A stretch of DNA of 32,000 nucleotides from Pirellula staleyi DSM 6068. Its GTDB lineage: Bacteria; Planctomycetota; Planctomycetia; Pirellulales; Pirellulaceae. Below are positions 26,383 to 32,000 of this stretch, one piece after another. Every line of letters starts with the position of its first letter. The first letter of the stretch is position 1. The notes beneath the pieces are model-generated. The model did not search any database. It saw only the letters and a list, made by a program, of their open reading frames with translations, and had not been told where the DNA came from. A program made the translations under genes and the position numbers. The stretch covers positions 5,130,001-5,162,000 of the forward strand of contig CP001848.1 of the NCBI GenBank assembly GCA_000025185.1, given 5' to 3'.

Positions 26383-27300
26383 CTATTTTTGCGGCTCGGT
26401 CCGCATTTCGGCGATCGTACCGGCCCAGCCCAGCTTGTCGCGAAGTGTGCGGTAGTAGCTGCGCGAGGCAACTTCGATCATCGAAAACCGCTGGGGTGCC
26501 CGCTTCACCACCACTTTCGAGCCCGCTGTGATTGTTCCCATCGTGCGGCCATCAACCACCAGCGTAGTGCCAATGTTCGGCGCCGTCACGGTCATCTCGA
26601 AGATCCGATCAGCAGAGTCGACAATAGGTCGAACCGTGAGTGTGTGGGGGCTGATGGGGCAGATCACAAAGGCTTGCAAGTCTTGTCGCAAGATCGGACC
26701 ACCCGCCGACAAGCTGTGTGCTGTCGAACCGACCGGCGTGCTGATGATCAGTCCATCGCAGCTGTAGGTTGTTGCCAGTTCGCCATCGACCGAGAAGTTC
26801 ACGCGCAGCAGCGAAAACGGTGGCCCAGCGTGAATCACCACTTCGTTGAGCCCCAAACGGGTCTCGACCAGTCGGCCATGCTCCACCAGCGAGCACTCGA
26901 ACATCAGGTGCTCGACCACCTTGCAATCGCCACTTGCAATCAGCGGCAAAACGGTGGAAAGCTGCTCGGGATTGATCCCCGCCAAGAAGCCGAGTTTACC
27001 AAGGTTTACCCCCAAAACGGGAAGCTGATTACTTCCCATCTGCCGCGCGGATCGAAGGATTGATCCGTCGCCACCGAGCACCAGCACGAAGTCGGCTGTG
27101 GAATCTTCGATGGTCGACGTCCCTTCGAAGTCGACGAGCACGATATCGACATGCTCGGCCACCATGGCAGCTTGACGCTCCCATTCTTCGACAACTTGTG
27201 GACGATCGCCAGCCCCGAGAACGAGTGCACGCAGACGTCGGGAGCCAAAAGCATGTCGATCGCGAGGAGCTTCGCTCCCCGGTCCACCGGCACGTGTCAT
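26383..27300 (-). CDS. nadK: NAD(+) kinase
   Basis: GGDG motif (VLVLGGDGSILRSARQ), LGVNLGKLGFL, and C-terminal STPVGSTAHSLSAGGPIL, typical of NadK/PpnK. Confidence 0.9.
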   Translation of the reverse strand: MTRAGGPGSEAPRDRHAFGSRRLRALVLGAGDRPQVVEEWERQAAMVAEHVDIVLVDFEGTSTIEDSTADFVLVLGGDGSILRSARQMGSNQLPVLGVNLGKLGFLAGINPEQLSTVLPLIASGDCKVVEHLMFECSLVEHGRLVETRLGLNEVVIHAGPPFSLLRVNFSVDGELATTYSCDGLIISTPVGSTAHSLSAGGPILRQDLQAFVICPISPHTLTVRPIVDSADRIFEMTVTAPNIGTTLVVDGRTMGTITAGSKVVVKRAPQRFSMIEVASRSYYRTLRDKLGWAGTIAEMRTEPQK

Positions 27301-27359
27301 GACTGGCTCCAGGACGATCTAAATCAAGTGGTTGAACAAGCTATCCTGGAGGTTATATC

Positions 27360-29291
27360 TCAGATCGTCGCGGTTCCGCCACCATCGTGATGCGGCACTA
27401 CCGAGCAGCGTTCAGCCATTTCGCGACAAGCTCGAGCAATGCCGGCAGTGTCCAGACCGAGGTCGGCGAGCACTTCATGCCGCTCACCATGCTCGACAAA
27501 GCTGTCGGGCAAACCAATGCGACGAATGCGGCTGGTATCGAGTCCCAAATCGCAAGCCGTTTCGAGCACCGCCGAGCCAAAGCCTCCCATGAGGCATCCT
27601 TCTTCGACAGTGATGACAAACGTCGATTCGCGAATGGCTCGCTCCACCATCTCGCGATCGATTGGCTTCACGAAGCGAGCGTTCACCACACCGATGTCGA
27701 GCCCTTCGCGAGCCAGCACATCTGCGGCACGGACACAGTCTCCGAGGAGCGTGCCGAGGCAAAGGATCACTCCGTCACGCCCCGAGCGAATCGTTTCAGC
27801 TTTACCAAGTTCCACAGGAGCGCGATCACCGGGGATCGTTTCGGTGTTGGCCTTAGGATAACGCAGCGACGAAGGCTGGTTGAGTTGCAGCGACAGGTTG
27901 AGCATCGGACGGACGTCGTACTGATCTCCCGGCGCCATCACCACCATGTTCGGGAAGACACGCATGTAAGCAATGTCGTAGGTGCCGTGATGCGTTGGGC
28001 CATCGGGTCCAGTGAGTCCCGCGCGATCGAGGGTGAAGATCACCGGCAGATTTTGCAGCGAGACTTCTTGGAAGATTTGATCGTACGAGCGCTGCAGGAA
28101 CGTGCTGTAGATGTCCACGATCGGTCGCAAGCCAGCTTTGGCTTGTCCACCGGCGAACGCCACGGCATGCGACTCGCAAATACCAGTGTCGAAGAAGCGA
28201 TCGGGAAACTCGTCGCGCACTTTCTCGAGCTTATTGCCCTGGCACATCGCCGCGGTGAGAACCACCACCCGCGAGTCCTTGGCCATCATTTCGCCAATCG
28301 ATTCGCTAACGATCTGGGTGTAAGCCGGAACTCCGCCACTCGACTTTTTCGGAATGGCACAGCCGTTCTCTTGCACAAACGCAGGTGGAGTGTGGAAGAA
28401 GACCGGATCGGCCGCAGCGGGCTGAAAACCGTGACCCTTTTCTGTGACGACGTGCAGCAGGATCGGACCTTTGAGGTCTTTGACCATCTGCAGGTATTTT
28501 TTCAGCAGCGGCAGGTTATGTCCGTCGATGGGGCCCAAATAGCGGAAGCCGAGATCTTCGAAGAGCATGCCGCCGTGGAGACCGGCCTTCACACCTTCCT
28601 TCAGCTGTGCGAGGAACCGCTCGACAGGATCGCCGAGAACAGGGACCCGGTTGAGCGCCTTGATGACTTCGCTTTTCAGCCCCGCATAGAACGGCGTCGT
28701 TCGAAGCCGATCGAGGTAGCTGGCAACACCACCGACGCGTGGGCAGATCGACATCTTGTTGTCGTTGAGAACAACCAGCAAGTCTTTCTTAAGTCCCCCA
28801 GCGTTGTTGAGAGCTTCAAACACAATGCCCGAGGGAAAGGCGCCGTCGCCAATCACCGCGACGCTCTTGCGATCGGACTGGCCCATCAAATCGTCGCCAC
28901 TCTTCAGCCCCAGCACGGTCGACACGCTCGAGCCGGCGTGACCGGTCATGAAGAGGTCGTATTCACTCTCCTGCGGATTGGGGTAGCCCATCAGGCCACC
29001 CTTCGTGCGGATCGTGCTGAATTCGTGATAGCGACCGGTGATCAGCTTGTGGGGATAGATCTGATGGCCGGTATCCCAGATCAGTCGATCGCGGCGGAAG
29101 TCGAACACACTGTGAAGTGCGAGGCAAAGCTCGACGACCCCCAGGTTCGAAGCAAAGTGCGCCGTGCGCGTGCTGAGCAGATTGCAGAGCACGTCGCGAA
29201 TTTCCGCGCCGAGCTGCGTTAGTTCGGCATTCGACATCGTTTTGAGGTCGGCCGCCGATTCAATTTTAGAAAGCAGTTGATGCATTGCCAT
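27360..29291 (-). CDS. dxs: 1-deoxy-D-xylulose-5-phosphate synthase
   Basis: 643 aa. Shows GHQIYPHKLITGR, TGHAGSSVSTVLG, VIGDGAFPSG, and the transketolase-like C-terminal half (FDTGICESHAV, RSYDQI). Confidence 0.95.
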   Translation of the reverse strand: MAMHQLLSKIESAADLKTMSNAELTQLGAEIRDVLCNLLSTRTAHFASNLGVVELCLALHSVFDFRRDRLIWDTGHQIYPHKLITGRYHEFSTIRTKGGLMGYPNPQESEYDLFMTGHAGSSVSTVLGLKSGDDLMGQSDRKSVAVIGDGAFPSGIVFEALNNAGGLKKDLLVVLNDNKMSICPRVGGVASYLDRLRTTPFYAGLKSEVIKALNRVPVLGDPVERFLAQLKEGVKAGLHGGMLFEDLGFRYLGPIDGHNLPLLKKYLQMVKDLKGPILLHVVTEKGHGFQPAAADPVFFHTPPAFVQENGCAIPKKSSGGVPAYTQIVSESIGEMMAKDSRVVVLTAAMCQGNKLEKVRDEFPDRFFDTGICESHAVAFAGGQAKAGLRPIVDIYSTFLQRSYDQIFQEVSLQNLPVIFTLDRAGLTGPDGPTHHGTYDIAYMRVFPNMVVMAPGDQYDVRPMLNLSLQLNQPSSLRYPKANTETIPGDRAPVELGKAETIRSGRDGVILCLGTLLGDCVRAADVLAREGLDIGVVNARFVKPIDREMVERAIRESTFVITVEEGCLMGGFGSAVLETACDLGLDTSRIRRIGLPDSFVEHGERHEVLADLGLDTAGIARACREMAERCSVVPHHDGGGTATI

Positions 29292-30181
29292 TAATGCTTC
29301 CTTTCGAGCACATAACGGGCGAGTGCTATTAAAGCTCCCGACGACAAATCGTCGCGAGAAACACTCGCAATCGCTTCAGCTACCAGCATCTCCGCACGCT
29401 GGCGACTCGCTTCAGCACCTAGCAATTTCGGATAGGTGAGTTTCCCCGCCTCCGAATCCTTCCCGACACGTTTACCCATCAGCTGCTGATCTCCTTCGAG
29501 ATCGAGCAGGTCGTCGACAATCTGAAATGCTAGGCCCAGCCGCTCTCCATATTGTGATAGAGCGGTGAGAACCTCGCTACTTGCACCGGCAATGATCGCC
29601 CCGAGCCGCAGCGAGACGCAAATCATCGCGCCGGTCTTGCGGCGGTGAATGGCCTCGAGCGACGCCAGCCCCAGGTCGGCAAACTCGGCTCCGAGGTCGT
29701 CGTGTTGACCTCCCACCAAATTCGCTGCTCCTGCTGCAACCGCCAGTTCCTTCACACACTTGGCCACTACCGGCCCCGGCAGGTGATCAGCCGCAAGGAC
29801 TTCAAACGCCTGAGCCAGGAGTGCATCGCCCGCCAAAATTCCGGTCGATTCGCCAAACTTCGCATGACAGCTGGGACGTCCGCGACGCATGTCGTCGTCG
29901 TCCATCGCTGGCAGATCGTCGTGAATCAGCGAATAGGTGTGGATGAGTTCCACCGCCACCGCTGCCGGCATCGCTTTACTGCGATCGTAACCGCAGGCCT
30001 CGCATGCAATTAACACCAGCAGGGGGCGCAAACGCTTAGCTGGCGCAAGGAGGCTGTGCCGAATCGCCTCGGCCAGATGGGTCGGGACGTCGGGGCCGTA
30101 CTCGGTGGTCGCGACGAGCGCGTCGTCGACCTCGCTTCGCAGGGTTTTCGAAAGCTCACGAAAATCCGCAAATTCAAGCAT
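29291..30181 (-). CDS. ispA: (2E,6E)-farnesyl/geranylgeranyl diphosphate synthase (polyprenyl synthetase family)
   Basis: First Asp-rich motif LIHDDLPAMDDDDMRRGRPSCH and second FQIVDDLLD. The stop overlaps the dxs start (TAATG, 1-nt overlap at 29291). The start is uncertain: ATG 30181 or 30205, or TTG 30241. Chain-length specificity cannot be read from the sequence. Confidence 0.85.
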   Translation of the reverse strand: MLEFADFRELSKTLRSEVDDALVATTEYGPDVPTHLAEAIRHSLLAPAKRLRPLLVLIACEACGYDRSKAMPAAVAVELIHTYSLIHDDLPAMDDDDMRRGRPSCHAKFGESTGILAGDALLAQAFEVLAADHLPGPVVAKCVKELAVAAGAANLVGGQHDDLGAEFADLGLASLEAIHRRKTGAMICVSLRLGAIIAGASSEVLTALSQYGERLGLAFQIVDDLLDLEGDQQLMGKRVGKDSEAGKLTYPKLLGAEASRQRAEMLVAEAIASVSRDDLSSGALIALARYVLERKH

Positions 30182-30403
30182 GCCAGAGCTTTCTGTCGGC
30201 CTCATGCGTCGATAAAGCGTGTCAAAGGAGGGTGGGCGCAAGGAAAGATGTCGGAATTGTATCGCTATGACGCGCAGGTGTCTATTTCCAGTTCGCCGGT
30301 GGGGAAAATAGATTCCCCCTAACCCCAGATCCCCTGAGAGGATAGGTAAGCCAACGGGTTTGCCGCCATGGAACTGCTCCCCACATGGGCGACGCGCCGT
30401 GCA

Positions 30404-30787
30404 CTAATCGAGGCCGCTCAGCAGATCGGCTGCCGCATCGCCACTCGCATCACCACCAGTGGATCCTTTTTTAATCGCCCGCTTTCGACGCGCCGGAGCT
30501 GCTTCGCTGGCCGCCTGCGTAGCGACATCGTCAAACGGAGCTGTCAGCGCCTCGCCTTCGGGGCTGACAGCCGTGAGCAGCTCCACGCGGCGCTCGGCTG
30601 CTGCGAGAAGTCCGTAGCAATACTTCAAATGGCTCACTGCTCGTTCATAAGCCTCGATCGAAGGCCCCAATCCCAGTTGGCCCTCTTCGAGCGAACGGAC
30701 CACCTGCTCGACCTTGGTGAGCGATTCTTCAAACGACAGCGACTTGTCGATGGGCTTGGGCTCGGTGGGTTTGGAGTCGGTTGACAT
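30404..30787 (-). CDS. xseB: Exodeoxyribonuclease VII small subunit with an extended C-terminal tail
   Basis: ATG 30787. LSFEESLTKVEQVVRSLEEGQLGLGPSIEAYERAVSHLKYCYGLLAAAERRVELL matches the XseB helical hairpin. At 127 aa it is longer than the usual ~70-80. Confidence 0.85.
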   Translation of the reverse strand: MSTDSKPTEPKPIDKSLSFEESLTKVEQVVRSLEEGQLGLGPSIEAYERAVSHLKYCYGLLAAAERRVELLTAVSPEGEALTAPFDDVATQAASEAAPARRKRAIKKGSTGGDASGDAAADLLSGLD

Positions 30788-30854
30788 GGTCTCTCGCTTC
30801 GGACGCTGCAGGAATTTTTCACACCCATGGGATCGCAAATCTATCGGCTACCAA

Positions 30855-32000
30855 TCAGTCGCCCGCGACGATCGAGCGAACCTCACCACCAGCAACACGT
30901 GTTCGCAGGATCGTTCCATCGGGAGCGTCGGCAGGGGACTCGACGACTCGATTGTCGGCTTCGCGCTGCGTGACACTATACCCGCGACCAAGCACCGCCA
31001 AAGGACTGAGCGAATGGAGCGACGCGGCCAGTTGTGCCTGACGATCGGCGAGACGCTCGAGTTTGCGTTTCACACTCGACCGGAGTCGCTCGTCGAGCAG
31101 ATCAAGCCGTTCGGCAATCGACTGCAGTCGATCGCGAGGATGACTCAGCACGCGACGCTGCGCAAGTCCCTCGAGTCGCCGCCGCGCTTGCCGCGTGGTC
31201 GATGCCAGGGCACTGGCGAGTCGCGTCCGGGCCGACATAATGCGTTCGAGAAGCTCGGCCCTGGAAGGAACGATCCGCTCGGCTGCTTCGCTCGGAGTAA
31301 GCGCCCGCAGATCGGCCACCAGATCGGCGAGGGTGACATCGATTTCGTGACCAACAGCCGATACAACCGGGATCTCCGAAGCGTAGATGGCGCGAACGAC
31401 CGGTTCTTCATTGAAGCACCACAGGTCCTCGACACTTCCACCGCCACGTCCCACAAGCAGCACATCGGGACGATCGGCCAAGCGATTAGCAATTTGAATG
31501 CCCCGCACAATCTCGGCAGCAGCACCTTCTCCCTGCACGCGCGCGGGGATGATCAGCACCGATAGGCCGGGCCAACGACGGCGCGCGACTTCTAAAAAAT
31601 CACGCACTGCTGCGCCGGTGGGACTCGTGACAAACGCCACTTTTCGCGGGAATTTCGGAAGGGGCCGCTTTCGTGCGGGATCGAACAAGCCTTCGGCCGC
31701 GAGTTTTTTGTGCAACTGCTGAAACGCCAGTTGCATCGCTCCCATCCCTTGCGGAACCGCTTGCCGAACCACCAACTGATAGCTGCCCCGCGGCGGATAG
31801 ATATCGATATCCCCGAGGCAGAGCAGTTCCGAACCCTCTTCGATTTTGAACTTCAAACGAGATGCCGCCGAGCGCCACATCACGCAGCGCAGCTGAGCTT
31901 CGTCGTCCTTCAAGGTGAAATAGATATGCCCCGACATCGGCCGGGTGACTTCGGAGACCTCGCCCGAAACCCAGACCCCCGAGAATTGCATTTCGAGCAC
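30855..32000 (-). CDS. xseA: Exodeoxyribonuclease VII large subunit (N-terminus runs off the window)
   Basis: VWVSGEVSEVTRPMSGHIYFTLKDDEAQLRCVMW (OB-fold region), VALVTSPTGAA-like FVTSPTGAAVRD, LIIPARVQGEGAA, RGGGSVEDLW. The true start lies beyond 32000. Confidence 0.9.
   Translation of the reverse strand: MLEMQFSGVWVSGEVSEVTRPMSGHIYFTLKDDEAQLRCVMWRSAASRLKFKIEEGSELLCLGDIDIYPPRGSYQLVVRQAVPQGMGAMQLAFQQLHKKLAAEGLFDPARKRPLPKFPRKVAFVTSPTGAAVRDFLEVARRRWPGLSVLIIPARVQGEGAAAEIVRGIQIANRLADRPDVLLVGRGGGSVEDLWCFNEEPVVRAIYASEIPVVSAVGHEIDVTLADLVADLRALTPSEAAERIVPSRAELLERIMSARTRLASALASTTRQARRRLEGLAQRRVLSHPRDRLQSIAERLDLLDERLRSSVKRKLERLADRQAQLAASLHSLSPLAVLGRGYSVTQREADNRVVESPADAPDGTILRTRVAGGEVRSIVAGD

Noticed and set aside
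27387-29222. 611-aa ORF on the plus strand, antisense to dxs
   Set aside because: The dxs frame is unmistakable. The antisense ORF is a GC-bias artefact.
1-32000. Search for CRISPR arrays, transposases/integrases, IS inverted repeats, retron/RT, toxin-antitoxin pairs or defence-type ATPases/nucleases
   Set aside because: I found no periodic repeat-spacer structure and no ORF with recombinase, RT, nuclease-ATPase or TA-like features on either strand.

Overview
This 32-kb window looks like ordinary chromosomal DNA from a moderately GC-rich, sulfatase-rich bacterium. It is most consistent with Planctomycetota (Pirellulales-like). That placement is an inference from five exported Cys-type sulfatases, DUF1080- and DUF1570-like proteins, Tat/Sec signals and weak Shine-Dalgarno usage. 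I support about 26 protein genes. From left to right they are: an ORF-poor, lower-GC 0.9 kb stretch; an orphan LuxR-type response regulator; an enolase-superfamily enzyme; an EI24/CysZ-like membrane protein; a DegT-family aminotransferase; surE; csrA with a long tail; an NlpI-like TPR protein; a PNPOx-like fusion protein; and a small TPR ORF in a low-GC islet. Next comes a 12.6-kb block of exported enzymes (9545-22198): DUF1080, three sulfatases, a PhoD-like phosphoesterase that appears frame-broken, two more sulfatases and an esterase. The remainder is on the minus strand: a DUF1570-like HExxH protein, an orphan two-domain ABC permease, an unknown secreted protein, nadK and the conserved xseA-xseB-ispA-dxs block. 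I saw no rRNA, tRNA, CRISPR array, transposase/integrase or recognisable defence or toxin genes. I cannot honestly point to a clear-cut novel multi-gene system. The items most worth a second look are the exported sulfatase/phosphatase/esterase locus, which lacks any glycoside hydrolase, regulator, transporter or FGly-maturase; the frame break in its PhoD-like gene; the low-GC TPR islet; the CsrA locus with its repeat-bearing 0.5-kb control region; a consensus-like promoter overlapped by a 9-bp-arm palindrome inside the sulfatase block; and the orphan permease with its uncharacterised secreted neighbours. All functional calls rest on motif recognition by eye. No database search was run.
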